Virus record (IMG/VR): IMGVR_UViG_3300025888_000001
Direction: 5' to 3' (one strand)
DNA: 52,163 bases
DNA from: a virus
How positions within the stretch are numbered: position 1 is the first letter of the stretch; the number at the start of each line of letters is the position of its first letter. This document shows, in pieces, positions 34,350-43,223 of this stretch. A model generated the notes under the pieces. That model saw only the letters and a program-made list of their open reading frames with translations, had not been told where the DNA came from and did not search any database. The position numbers and the translations under genes are program-made.

Positions 34350-35942
34350 ATGCCGGGAATAGGAATAGGACTTTGGGTTGGTAAAAAAAGGGGAGGTGTT
34401 ACATGGACTCCACAATGGAATCCTGCAAATCCTCTATTAAGGGATAGTGAGGGTACTGTTCAAAATTTAAGATGTGTTCTTTTAATTTTGGGGGTTTACT
34501 ATTGTTATGAAGAGGACTTTTCAACAGTTTGGGAAATAAGGGTAAGGACTTCGGCAGACGGCATTACATGGTCGGCAGCATCTGGACCGCTATTTGCAAG
34601 AGGAAATGTAGGAACTTTTGATAGAGGAGGGCAGGCTGATCCGACAGTTATTTACGATGGGCCGGGTGATTGGAAGATGTGGTATGATGCCACTCCCGGA
34701 TCTGACGCTAACTGGACAGTCGGATATGCAACTTCAACAGATGGAATAACTTGGACTCAAGTCGGAAAAGTCATAGATAAAGGTGTTTCAGGTCAATGGG
34801 ATGATAATTCTATTCATCATTCTGTATGTATAAAAAACGGAACAACATATTATTTATATTATAGTGGGGCTAATACAACAGATTCAACTTTATTCGTCAA
34901 ACATATAGGATTAGCTACCTCATTAGACGGGATTAATTTCACAAAATTAGGAATTGTAATTCCTTCTGGAAGTGGGTCTGATTGGGATAAAAATTATGTT
35001 CGTCCTTCTAATCCGGTAAAAATGTATAATGCTTGGTATATGTGGTATTGGGGAAATGACATCACAAATCATGCAATGGGATTAGCTGTTTCCAAAGATC
35101 TTATTACATGGACAAAAAAAGGCAATGTAATTGCAAATCATTCAACAGCATCAACTGCCTTATTAAGAACAGGGACTGATGTAAAAGATAAGGTAATTAA
35201 GTTATGGGTTTGTGATTATGAAAATCAATCAACTAAAAAAAGATATATGATTCCAGAAGTAAGCATCGGGACTCCTATATCTCCTTTTGTTTATAATCAG
35301 GGGTTTGGAATATTGCCAACAACTGCTGGTGCTCCAGTTACAAAGGCTGCTAATTATATATATTTATATAGAGTGACGCTTGCAGCAATATCAACTCCTA
35401 CTACTATAAGACTATTTGTTAAATGGTATAGTGTAATTGGGAATATAAAAGCAGCTCTTTATCAAAATAATGTCAATACACCTACATCTTTATTGAAACT
35501 GACAGATGAAAAAGCATGGTCAACAATACCCGCAAATTCGTGGGTTGTTTTTAATATAATCAGTCCGACACAATTAAATGCAGGTGATTATTGGATTGCG
35601 TTTTTTTCATCAATAAATTACGATACACAAAGAGGTGCAGGAGGGGCAAATAATCATGGGAATCTTTCATTGGCTTATGGTGCATTTCCTGATCCAATTT
35701 CAGCGCCAACAAACCAAGCATTTAATATAGGTGATTTCGCTCTTACAGGTGATATGGAATTTGGTTATGGTGTTGCACTTGCAAGCGAACCAGCAAATGT
35801 ATATTTCAATGGAGTAAAAGGGGTTAAAAAAGCGACAGGAGCAGAAGTTGTTGCTCTATATGATTGGTTTTGGATAGGAGGTTATCTATATGTAAAAACT
35901 AATGAAGATACAGATATTAATTATCTTATAACTTATGATTAG
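34350..35942 (+). CDS. Glycoside-hydrolase-like five-bladed beta-propeller protein (GH43/32/130 superfamily-like) with a C-terminal beta-sandwich
   Basis: Blade-like repeats: GQADPTVIYDG..WKMWYDA, WDDNSIHHSVCIKNGTTYYLYYSG, WDKNYVRPSNPVKMYNAWYMWYWG, GLAVSKDLITWTK. Confidence 0.5.
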   Translation: MPGIGIGLWVGKKRGGVTWTPQWNPANPLLRDSEGTVQNLRCVLLILGVYYCYEEDFSTVWEIRVRTSADGITWSAASGPLFARGNVGTFDRGGQADPTVIYDGPGDWKMWYDATPGSDANWTVGYATSTDGITWTQVGKVIDKGVSGQWDDNSIHHSVCIKNGTTYYLYYSGANTTDSTLFVKHIGLATSLDGINFTKLGIVIPSGSGSDWDKNYVRPSNPVKMYNAWYMWYWGNDITNHAMGLAVSKDLITWTKKGNVIANHSTASTALLRTGTDVKDKVIKLWVCDYENQSTKKRYMIPEVSIGTPISPFVYNQGFGILPTTAGAPVTKAANYIYLYRVTLAAISTPTTIRLFVKWYSVIGNIKAALYQNNVNTPTSLLKLTDEKAWSTIPANSWVVFNIISPTQLNAGDYWIAFFSSINYDTQRGAGGANNHGNLSLAYGAFPDPISAPTNQAFNIGDFALTGDMEFGYGVALASEPANVYFNGVKGVKKATGAEVVALYDWFWIGGYLYVKTNEDTDINYLITYD

Positions 35943-35947
35943 GGGAG

Positions 35948-36397
35948 ATGGCAGAAACAAATCACATAACAGGAAAAAGCCTTTGGGTACTGATAAAATC
36001 AAATATCGGCACTCTGATTATCATTGTTGGTCTTGTAACAAACGGCTTATTGATTAACGGCAAGAAAGCTGTTGATAAATACAAATCAGGCATTAGTCAG
36101 GATTCTCTTTTTACAAACCAAGTCGATATGAAGAAAGACATTAAAAGTATTCAAACGGCTCAGTCATTACAAAATCAGGATTGGACCAGGTTTATGGCAA
36201 AAGACTCTATTTTTAAAATACAAGTATCACATGGGATAATTGTTCTTGATACCGCTGTGAATAGACATTTTAGACTGACAAACAGGACTGAGGAGAGGTA
36301 TAAGTTTTTGGAAGATCAGTTAAAAAAAAACAGCGAATTTTTCAACCAGATAATCCCGACACAACAAAGCATAAACATAGTTTCAAGTATGAATTAG
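35948..36397 (+). CDS. N-terminally anchored membrane protein (lysis-region candidate)
   Basis: TM segment NIGTLIIIVGLVTNGLLI followed by a polar domain. Confidence 0.4.
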   Translation: MAETNHITGKSLWVLIKSNIGTLIIIVGLVTNGLLINGKKAVDKYKSGISQDSLFTNQVDMKKDIKSIQTAQSLQNQDWTRFMAKDSIFKIQVSHGIIVLDTAVNRHFRLTNRTEERYKFLEDQLKKNSEFFNQIIPTQQSINIVSSMN

Positions 36398-36410
36398 CAC
36401 CAAAAAAGAA

Positions 36411-36530
36411 ATGATACTACTAAAAGATAGTTTGGTTTTTGAAGGATACATAGGAATAGCGATTGTCATCGGTTGCGGGATTGCTATATTATTTGCAGTT
36501 AAGAAACTTTTTAAGGATTTGAAGAAGTGA
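36411..36530 (+). CDS. Small single-pass membrane protein (39 aa)
   Basis: YIGIAIVIGCGIAILFAV. Its stop overlaps the GTG start of the next gene (GTGA). Confidence 0.3.
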   Translation: MILLKDSLVFEGYIGIAIVIGCGIAILFAVKKLFKDLKK

Positions 36531-37294
36531 GCGAAAATAAAAAACTTACGTTAGTCGATAGGGCTTTTGCTTTACCGGATTCGGAAAAAGAGTTTGGAAT
36601 GAAGATTGCCGATCATAAACTGATCTGTAATGTTCTTGATGACCATATGGATTCCATAATGGATAATGTGGATGAAAAGATACTTAAGACTTTACAGAGC
36701 GATACCCTCACTGATACAATTGCCGATAAGGTCTATGAGAAACTTGCTGAGTTCAATGCCCCTGTATTGTTAAAACTTGAAACGTTAATAAATGGTCAGA
36801 CTGAAATTGCTGAAGATATTTTTGAAATCAAAGAAAGGCTTTCTGCAACAGAAGAGAAAGTAGGGATAGAAGAAAAGCGGATTGAAGGTATTGATAAGCG
36901 GCTCGATGCAAAGAAAAAAAGAATCGAACGTCTCGAATCAGAAATGAGAATGTTGCAGCCGGAATCAATAGAAGAATATTCAATTGAGATACATAAGGTT
37001 AAACCAATTTTAGATAAAATTGTTAAAATGTTTTCATGGTGGCGAATAGCTATTTATATTCTGATAGTGGCCATACTTGCCGCTTTAGTGGTATTGACTT
37101 TACATAAAAATGGGTATCTCGGACAGTTAAGAAATGATAAACAATCTTATAAGGAATGGGCTAAAGAACTTGAAACACAACAGATAAAGGGTTATTCAAC
37201 AATCACAAGAGGAAGCACAGCTTATAAAATGACCGATGCAGAGATTGACACCCTTGAAAATCAAACATTAAGAACTATAAAGGCAAGGAAATGA
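36527..37294 (+). CDS. Coiled-coil protein with a C-proximal TM helix
   Basis: GTG start. EEKRIEGIDKRLDAKKKRIERLESEM, and TM segment WWRIAIYILIVAILAALVVLTL. Confidence 0.45.
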   Translation: MSENKKLTLVDRAFALPDSEKEFGMKIADHKLICNVLDDHMDSIMDNVDEKILKTLQSDTLTDTIADKVYEKLAEFNAPVLLKLETLINGQTEIAEDIFEIKERLSATEEKVGIEEKRIEGIDKRLDAKKKRIERLESEMRMLQPESIEEYSIEIHKVKPILDKIVKMFSWWRIAIYILIVAILAALVVLTLHKNGYLGQLRNDKQSYKEWAKELETQQIKGYSTITRGSTAYKMTDAEIDTLENQTLRTIKARK

Positions 37295-37737
37295 TCCAGG
37301 ATTATTTTTCCCTAAACGAAATATTCTGCCCTGAAGTTGTAAAACATTACGGTGAGTTTGCATGGAACTTCTTAGATGTGCGACTCTCGATAACTCTCGA
37401 GGCTATCCGGATGCGACTAAATAAAGTTATTTATGTGAATGACTATGCCGTTCATGGGAAGATGACCCAAAGGGGTTTCCGTTGTGTGCAATGTCAGTTA
37501 ATGAAAGATGTTTATAAAAGTGGAGAATTATTTACCGATCCGCACGCTTTAGGGAAGGCAATGGATTTTTCTGTAGAGGGATTAGTTGCTGAAGAGGTCA
37601 GGCAGTATATAATTAAAAATAGAAACTTGTGGCCATATCCAATCAGACTCGAAAATTCAGTGAATTGGGTTCACCTGGATCTTTACAACAATAATTATAA
37701 TGATAAAGTAATATTTTTTGAGAAACCTAATAAATAA
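37291..37737 (+). CDS. Peptidase M15-family endolysin (D-Ala-D-Ala carboxypeptidase / L-Ala-D-Glu peptidase-like)
   Basis: DPHALGKAMDF (H..G.A.D) and NWVHLD metal-ligand motifs. About 148 aa. Confidence 0.65.
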   Translation: MIQDYFSLNEIFCPEVVKHYGEFAWNFLDVRLSITLEAIRMRLNKVIYVNDYAVHGKMTQRGFRCVQCQLMKDVYKSGELFTDPHALGKAMDFSVEGLVAEEVRQYIIKNRNLWPYPIRLENSVNWVHLDLYNNNYNDKVIFFEKPNK

Positions 37738-37741
37738 TAAA

Positions 37742-37942
37742 ATGGACATATTAACAATTCTTATTGTAATCGTAATTGTCGGAGTTTTACTCTGGTTGGT
37801 CAATTCGTATATCCCAATGCAGGCAGGAGTAAAAAAGATTCTTAATGTAGTGGTTATCATACTACTTATTATTTGGCTATTATCGGCCTTCGGAGTATTT
37901 CACTATTTAAGTGGAATCAATACACCTAAATTCAGAAGCTAA
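37742..37942 (+). CDS. Two-TM small membrane protein (holin candidate)
   Basis: MDILTILIVIVIVGVLLWLVNSYIP...VVVIILLIIWLL. Directly downstream of the endolysin. Confidence 0.4.
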   Translation: MDILTILIVIVIVGVLLWLVNSYIPMQAGVKKILNVVVIILLIIWLLSAFGVFHYLSGINTPKFRS

Positions 37943-38733
37943 TGTGCTTTAAGAAAAAACCGCCGGTTATAGTGGCACCGACAAAAAGAAGATTGTTAAC
38001 CTTTGGACGTAATAAGTACGGAGGCGGAAATGATCTTAATGGATGCGTGAATGACTCTTTAAATTTGTCCGATAAAGCGAAGGGGATGTATTCTGATTTT
38101 GATATTAGGAAACTTCAGGATTATGACGTTACCGCTAACAGGTATTTAGAAGATGCAAAAAACGCTATTCAGTTACTTAGTCCCGGTGCAACTGTTTTAT
38201 TTCTGGCTGACTCTTGTTTCTCAGGTACGGTCACACGCGCGGGAACATGTATGGGATTAATCGATATTAAGCACCCGACAAAGAATCGATTCTATAATCC
38301 TGGATTACCACCGCGGACAATTAAAAACAAAGTGCTTTCAAATGAGAACATGAACCACATTCTTATAAGCGGATGCACTGATCATGAATATTCAAATGAT
38401 GCTTATATCAATTCAAAATATGCAGGTGCATTCACGTTTTTTGCGGTTATGGCACTCGAAATGGGAATGACATATAAACAATGGTTTGACGAAATAAGAA
38501 AGTACCTTCCTTCAAAAGACTTCAATCAATCGCCTCAACTCGAAGGACCGGAATATCTGATCAATAGAAAAGTCTTTGAAGATGAAACTTTAGTTATTCA
38601 TAATTCGAGTCATGGATCTTACACGTATGATAAGTCAGGTGATGAAGAAGACGGGCAAGATGAGGGACTATATTTTGACCGGCTTTTAATTGATGACGAA
38701 ATTGCGGAAATATTAACTCAGATTCCAAAATAA
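37942..38733 (+). CDS. Caspase/metacaspase-like (peptidase C14) protein with non-canonical segment order
   Basis: Cys motif LADSCFSGT at residues 88-96 precedes the His motif LVIHNSSHG...SGDEEDGQDE at residues 217-241. GRNKY...LNGCVNDS and ISGCTDHEYSNDA...GAFTFF are also C14-like. Confidence 0.6.
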   Translation: MCFKKKPPVIVAPTKRRLLTFGRNKYGGGNDLNGCVNDSLNLSDKAKGMYSDFDIRKLQDYDVTANRYLEDAKNAIQLLSPGATVLFLADSCFSGTVTRAGTCMGLIDIKHPTKNRFYNPGLPPRTIKNKVLSNENMNHILISGCTDHEYSNDAYINSKYAGAFTFFAVMALEMGMTYKQWFDEIRKYLPSKDFNQSPQLEGPEYLINRKVFEDETLVIHNSSHGSYTYDKSGDEEDGQDEGLYFDRLLIDDEIAEILTQIPK

Positions 38734-38749
38734 CTTGTACATTTGATAC

Positions 38750-39598
38750 ATGAAGATTATTGGCATATACCAGATCCAAAGTAAAATAAAACCAACTCGA
38801 ATTTATATAGGGTCTTCTAGGGATATTACAAAAAGGTGGAATGATCATTTAAGATTATTAGGAAAAAATAAACATCACTCTAGTAAACTTCAGAGTCATT
38901 TTAATAAGTACGGTAAAGACGATTTTCAGTTTTCTATTTTAACAGGATGCGATAAAGAAAATCTCATTCCTAATGAGCAGTTTTTTATTGATTTCTATAA
39001 GCCATATTTCAACAGTGTTTTAAAAGTATCATACATTCCTGATTATATAGGTAGGGTATCTGGAAATAAAGGTAAAAGAGGAATGTTTCATCATACTGAA
39101 GAACATAAAAGCAAAATGAGTCAATTAAAACTCGGCGTTTCTAGGTCTGAAGAAACTAAACAAAAAATAAGTAACACACTAAAGGGTAAGCTAATCGGTG
39201 ATAAAAATCCTTTTTTTGGGCAACATCATACAAAAGAAAGTATGCAGAGGGCAAGTGAAAAAAAGAAAGGTATTCCATCTCCAAATAAGGGCAAGAAAGG
39301 TTTGCTTGTCCATACAGAAGAATGGAAGAGAGAACATAGTGAAAAGGTGAAAGGGAATAAAAATTATATGTTTGGGAAACACCATACTGAAGAAACTTTG
39401 CAAAAACTAAGAGGGGTAAAATCAGAAGAACACAAAAGGCATTTAAGCGAAGCTCATAAAGGCAAAGGGATTGGCGTTAATAATCCGTTTTTTGGTAAAA
39501 CCCATACCGAAGAATGCAAACAAAGAATGAGTCTGGCACAAAAAGAAAGATTCAAGAGAGAAAAACTTAATAAACTTAATTTATTAACTAATAATTAA
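38750..39598 (+). CDS. GIY-YIG homing endonuclease with NUMOD3-like repeats (second copy)
   Basis: GIYQIQS...YIGSSRDITKRW..H, NEQFFID, and repeated G.HHTEE.K.K.S units. Confidence 0.8.
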   Translation: MKIIGIYQIQSKIKPTRIYIGSSRDITKRWNDHLRLLGKNKHHSSKLQSHFNKYGKDDFQFSILTGCDKENLIPNEQFFIDFYKPYFNSVLKVSYIPDYIGRVSGNKGKRGMFHHTEEHKSKMSQLKLGVSRSEETKQKISNTLKGKLIGDKNPFFGQHHTKESMQRASEKKKGIPSPNKGKKGLLVHTEEWKREHSEKVKGNKNYMFGKHHTEETLQKLRGVKSEEHKRHLSEAHKGKGIGVNNPFFGKTHTEECKQRMSLAQKERFKREKLNKLNLLTNN

Positions 39599-39601
39599 AA
39601 C

Positions 39602-39868
39602 ATGAAAGCGAATTTTTTAAACTTGAATTGGAAAGACTTTGGGAAAGGTGCAATTGTGGCTGTTTTGACGGCTGTGCTTGCAACCTTAACGACATTATTA
39701 CAGACCGGAGTATTATTTGATAAAGCTAGCCTGCCGGTAATTGGAACAGCTGCTATGAGTGCCTTTATAGCATACATTGCTAAGAACCTTTTTACAAATT
39801 CACAAAATCAGTTCTTAGTTACTGAGAAAAACGCAACTCCAGAACAAGTAAAACCAGTACAGAAATGA
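39602..39868 (+). CDS. Two-TM membrane protein (second holin-like candidate)
   Basis: GAIVAVLTAVLATLTTLL and VIGTAAMSAFIAYIA. Confidence 0.4.
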   Translation: MKANFLNLNWKDFGKGAIVAVLTAVLATLTTLLQTGVLFDKASLPVIGTAAMSAFIAYIAKNLFTNSQNQFLVTEKNATPEQVKPVQK

Positions 39869-40338
39869 AAAAACTAATCACACTCATTCTTTTTGCTTGT
39901 GGCTTATTTGCCGCCACAAATGCACAGATCAATTTTAAAGGGTTCTGGCACGTGAATGTAAGCAAAGACTTCTTAACACAACAGGAGGGCTTAAAAGCTA
40001 TCGCAGCACCCGTTGTTCTTGTCCGTCCTGCCTTTACCATGAATGCTCTTAAAGTTATGAAATCAGACATTCCCGGTCAATCTCTGGATGTTTCTTCTTT
40101 ACAATCCGGGGGCATAGGGGTAAGTTTTGTGTTTTACAACGGGACGGTGACTAACTTTTCTATTGATGCACTCGCATTAACTCCCTTGGATATGAGTGGC
40201 GCAACTCCTTTTAGTATTTCGCCAGCTCTGGCACTTAAGGGATGGAATATTATAAGTGCAGGCATTGGAAGAGATACCGGGATTAAGAAGTGGTTTGGAT
40301 TGATTAACGTAACGTATAGTTTCACGACAGTAAAATAG
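39865..40338 (+). CDS. Secreted protein (type I signal peptide)
   Basis: MKKLITLILFACGLFAATNAQ, then a beta-rich sequence. ATGA overlap with the upstream gene. Confidence 0.45.
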   Translation: MKKLITLILFACGLFAATNAQINFKGFWHVNVSKDFLTQQEGLKAIAAPVVLVRPAFTMNALKVMKSDIPGQSLDVSSLQSGGIGVSFVFYNGTVTNFSIDALALTPLDMSGATPFSISPALALKGWNIISAGIGRDTGIKKWFGLINVTYSFTTVK

Positions 40339-40400
40339 TGCAGCCTGTCAGGTTTGCATTTACACGGGTCTTCACCCAATCACAGAGGTTTAAATTCGAG

Positions 40401-40432
40401 AAGCGGTCAGTGTCAGGTCTGGCCGCTTTTTT
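40401..40432 (+). terminator. Terminator ending the structural/lysis transcription unit
   Basis: aagcggtcag...ctggccgctt stem (one G-U pair) followed by tttttc. Confidence 0.65.
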
Positions 40433-40593
40433 CTTAAAGTATTGATAATAAAGAAATAATATTTAGAATCAATATAAATTGTGTTTTGGCGTAATTATTC
40501 CAATATTTTATACATTCAGTTTCGAAAGGATAATTTAAATTTGTTCAGGTTTGTTTTTCCTATAATTAATATTTATTGTCAAATAGAGTAGGG

Positions 40594-40625
40594 GAGCAAA
40601 CTTTAATAGGTTTGCTCTTTTTATT
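40594..40625 (+). terminator. Second hairpin plus T-run in the 290-bp intergenic gap
   Basis: gagcaaac / tttaatag / gtttgctc followed by tttttattt. Confidence 0.5.
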
Positions 40626-40628
40626 TAT

Positions 40629-40865
40629 ATGAATATTCACTTAAAACCGACTAAGATGAAAACAACAAACTACAAAGGATTCAAAATTGAGACATTTAAT
40701 GGAACATCTTATATCTTTTTAAATGATAGTTTAAAGGGGTGTACTTCAACAGACTACATTACTGATGAACCGGGAGGAATTGAGATTGGAATAAATAACT
40801 CCGAAGAAAAAGCTAGAAAAAGAATTGACTCTGGCAAGGTAAATTTTATTCAATCAAAGTCATGA
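40629..40865 (+). CDS. Hypothetical protein
   Basis: ORF with an alternative start at 40656. Confidence 0.45.
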   Translation: MNIHLKPTKMKTTNYKGFKIETFNGTSYIFLNDSLKGCTSTDYITDEPGGIEIGINNSEEKARKRIDSGKVNFIQSKS

Positions 40866-41485
40866 AAGTCTTAATTGCCTGTGAAGAAAGCCAAGCGGTA
40901 TGTATTGCTTTCAGGGAAAGAGGTCATGAGGCTTATTCCTGTGATTTACAAGAGTGTTCGGGCGGTCATCCTGAATGGCATCTACAAGGAGATGCCATTA
41001 ATGAGGCTTATTCCGGAAAATATGACTTAATGATTGGTCATCCGCCATGTACTTATATAAGTTACGCAGGGACTTCATCGTGGAACAATCCGGGAAGAAT
41101 ACGATTAAGACTAGCTGCGCTTGAATTTTTCAGACTATTATGGGAGGCTCCGATTGAAAGGATATGTCTAGAAAACCCTAAAAGTTGCGCCAGTCCGGTT
41201 ATTGCGAAATATTCGCAAGAAATACAACCTTATTATTTTGGCAATAGTGATTTGAAAACTACATGGCTCTGGCTTAAAAACCTGCCATTACTTATTCATG
41301 TAAATGGCAATAATTTATTTTATCAAAATACTCATATGCCAAAACCCGAACCGATTTCTATTGATAATACCGAGCGTCAGAAAAAACGGTATTTCACAGA
41401 CGGTGCATTTAGGGATTCATTTAACAGAAGTAAAACTTTCCCAGGAATTGCCAGAGCAATGGCAGAACAATGGAATTTCAATTAA
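40862..41485 (+). CDS. C5-cytosine DNA methyltransferase-like protein (short phage form)
   Basis: VLIACEESQ...GH.AYSCD...IGHPPCTYIS (PC motif), ...ENP..., KTTWLWLKNLPLL. This pattern recurs in phage proteins annotated as cytosine methyltransferases. Confidence 0.5.
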   Translation: MKVLIACEESQAVCIAFRERGHEAYSCDLQECSGGHPEWHLQGDAINEAYSGKYDLMIGHPPCTYISYAGTSSWNNPGRIRLRLAALEFFRLLWEAPIERICLENPKSCASPVIAKYSQEIQPYYFGNSDLKTTWLWLKNLPLLIHVNGNNLFYQNTHMPKPEPISIDNTERQKKRYFTDGAFRDSFNRSKTFPGIARAMAEQWNFN

Positions 41486-41542
41486 GAAACCTTAGTCGGT
41501 CGGGGGCGATAACTTCAAACCCGTTACCGCTAATTAAAAATT

Positions 41543-41716
41543 ATGAAGGCAACTATAAAAATCTGCACAGCAGAAAAAGAATTTAGTCAAAACCAGAAGG
41601 CAATCATGAAACGCGTTACTATGGTTTTGATAGAGCATAACCTATCAGCGGCAATATTTATGAAAGAGAGTAAACATATTGCAATACCGATTAATCCAAA
41701 ACTAAGAATAATATGA
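41543..41716 (+). CDS. Small hypothetical protein (57 aa)
   Basis: ATG..TGA ORF with an ATGA overlap to the next gene. Preferred over the minus-strand ORF 41587..41787. Confidence 0.35.
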   Translation: MKATIKICTAEKEFSQNQKAIMKRVTMVLIEHNLSAAIFMKESKHIAIPINPKLRII

Positions 41717-41934
41717 TATATAAAAAAATTGTAAAACCAGGAGGATTTAAAAACGCCTTTGATAGCCTTCCACATAACAAACGGCAAGAATCAATGGAGG
41801 AGATTTGTAACCTATGTTTTTGGAATGAATGTGTTTTCAAAAGTAGAAGAATAGGTAAAACGCCATTTAGGAGTTATGAGATTGAGAGAATTGAAGAATA
41901 TTTTAAGTCAAAACAATTGGATGCCTGGATCTAA
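41713..41934 (+). CDS. Hypothetical protein
   Basis: 73-aa ORF. Confidence 0.45.
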   Translation: MIYKKIVKPGGFKNAFDSLPHNKRQESMEEICNLCFWNECVFKSRRIGKTPFRSYEIERIEEYFKSKQLDAWI

Positions 41935-41946
41935 AAGAACATAATC

Positions 41947-42306
41947 ATGAAACGAGAAATTAAATTCAGAGCATGGGAGCCGTATCATAAAAAAATGATT
42001 ATTGATATTTATTTAGGTACTACAAGATGGATGCAACACTGCCATAATACAACAAGCAATCCTGATCTTAGTTTTATGCAGTTCACCGGACTCAAAGATA
42101 AGAACGGAAAGGAAATTTATGAAGGGGATATAATTAGATGGGAAGACGATTCTAATGAACCAATAACCGGAGAAATTGATACGCCTCACCAAGTTGTCAC
42201 AATGGGAGCAACTGAAGATGAATTAAACTTCTTGTCATTCTTAACATGGAATGAATTTGAGGTTATTGGTAACATTTACGAAAATCCAGAACTCCTAAAG
42301 TCATGA
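41947..42306 (+). CDS. YopX family protein (copy 1)
   Basis: MKREIKFRAW...QFTGLKDKNGKEIYEGDII...IGNIYENPELLK. Confidence 0.8.
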   Translation: MKREIKFRAWEPYHKKMIIDIYLGTTRWMQHCHNTTSNPDLSFMQFTGLKDKNGKEIYEGDIIRWEDDSNEPITGEIDTPHQVVTMGATEDELNFLSFLTWNEFEVIGNIYENPELLKS

Positions 42307-42404
42307 AAACAAAAGAAGTGTACTATTTAAGTAAACCGGACTTTGATAAATGGCTCGTTGGATCTGAAACTATTGAACTTATAATGAAATATTGTAACAA
42401 CTGA
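42303..42404 (+). CDS. Small hypothetical protein (33 aa)
   Basis: ATGA overlap with the YopX stop. The same arrangement follows YopX copy 2. Confidence 0.3.
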   Translation: MKTKEVYYLSKPDFDKWLVGSETIELIMKYCNN

Positions 42405-42417
42405 TAAAATCACAAAA

Positions 42418-42930
42418 ATGAAAGAAATAAAATTAAACCAAAAGGGAAAGTATAAAGATAAGTTTGTCGCATTGGTCGATGATGAAGATTATGAATACTT
42501 AAATCAGTTTAATTGGCATGCATTCAAAAATTGTAATACTTATTATGTAATAAGAAACGTCTCTCTTAAATTAGTTTCTACCCATACATCAATTTCTATG
42601 CATAGAACAATTATGAATACCCCAAAAGGGATGGAAGTTGACCACATTGATCATAATGGGCTGAATAACCAAAAGTCTAATCTTAGAAACTGTACAATGC
42701 AACAAAACCAAACAAACAGAAGATCGTATGGGGAATCTAAATATTTGGGTGTTTCTTTTATTCATGGTAAATATAAAAATAAAAAACTCAAATATATTCA
42801 AGCAGCTATTCAGTCAAATAAGAAATTAATTTATTTAGGTTGTTTTAAGACGGAAGAAGAGGCAGCTCGTGCTTATGATACAAAAGCTAAAGAACTTCAT
42901 GGTGAATTTGCAAACCTTAATTTTAAATAA
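42418..42930 (+). CDS. HNH-AP2 homing endonuclease (copy 1)
   Basis: VDHIDHNGLNNQKSNLR (HNH_3-like) plus YLGVS...YLGCFKTEEEAARAYDTKAKELHGEFANLNF (AP2). Confidence 0.8.
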   Translation: MKEIKLNQKGKYKDKFVALVDDEDYEYLNQFNWHAFKNCNTYYVIRNVSLKLVSTHTSISMHRTIMNTPKGMEVDHIDHNGLNNQKSNLRNCTMQQNQTNRRSYGESKYLGVSFIHGKYKNKKLKYIQAAIQSNKKLIYLGCFKTEEEAARAYDTKAKELHGEFANLNFK

Positions 42931-42931
42931 T

Positions 42932-43213
42932 ATGAATATAGAATTTAAAGATATTGGAAATATCGAATCTAACTACTCTGGATTTCAATGTCCTGATTAC
43001 TTAGATGACAGCGAAGCCCCACGAAGATTGAATTACGAAAAGATTGGCAATATCGAGTTTGACGGTATAGACTATGAAGACTGGCCAGACTTCTCAAATA
43101 GCTATATCGTTTCAGCTGACATGGGAGGTATTCCAATGACAGAAGAGGAATTAAACGAGTTGAACGAAAACAAAGGATTCGTATACATGAAACTTATAGA
43201 CCGTTTATTTTAA
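42932..43213 (+). CDS. Hypothetical acidic protein
   Basis: Start taken at the internal ATG right after the upstream stop. Confidence 0.45.
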   Translation: MNIEFKDIGNIESNYSGFQCPDYLDDSEAPRRLNYEKIGNIEFDGIDYEDWPDFSNSYIVSADMGGIPMTEEELNELNENKGFVYMKLIDRLF

Positions 43214-43223
43214 AACTAAACAG

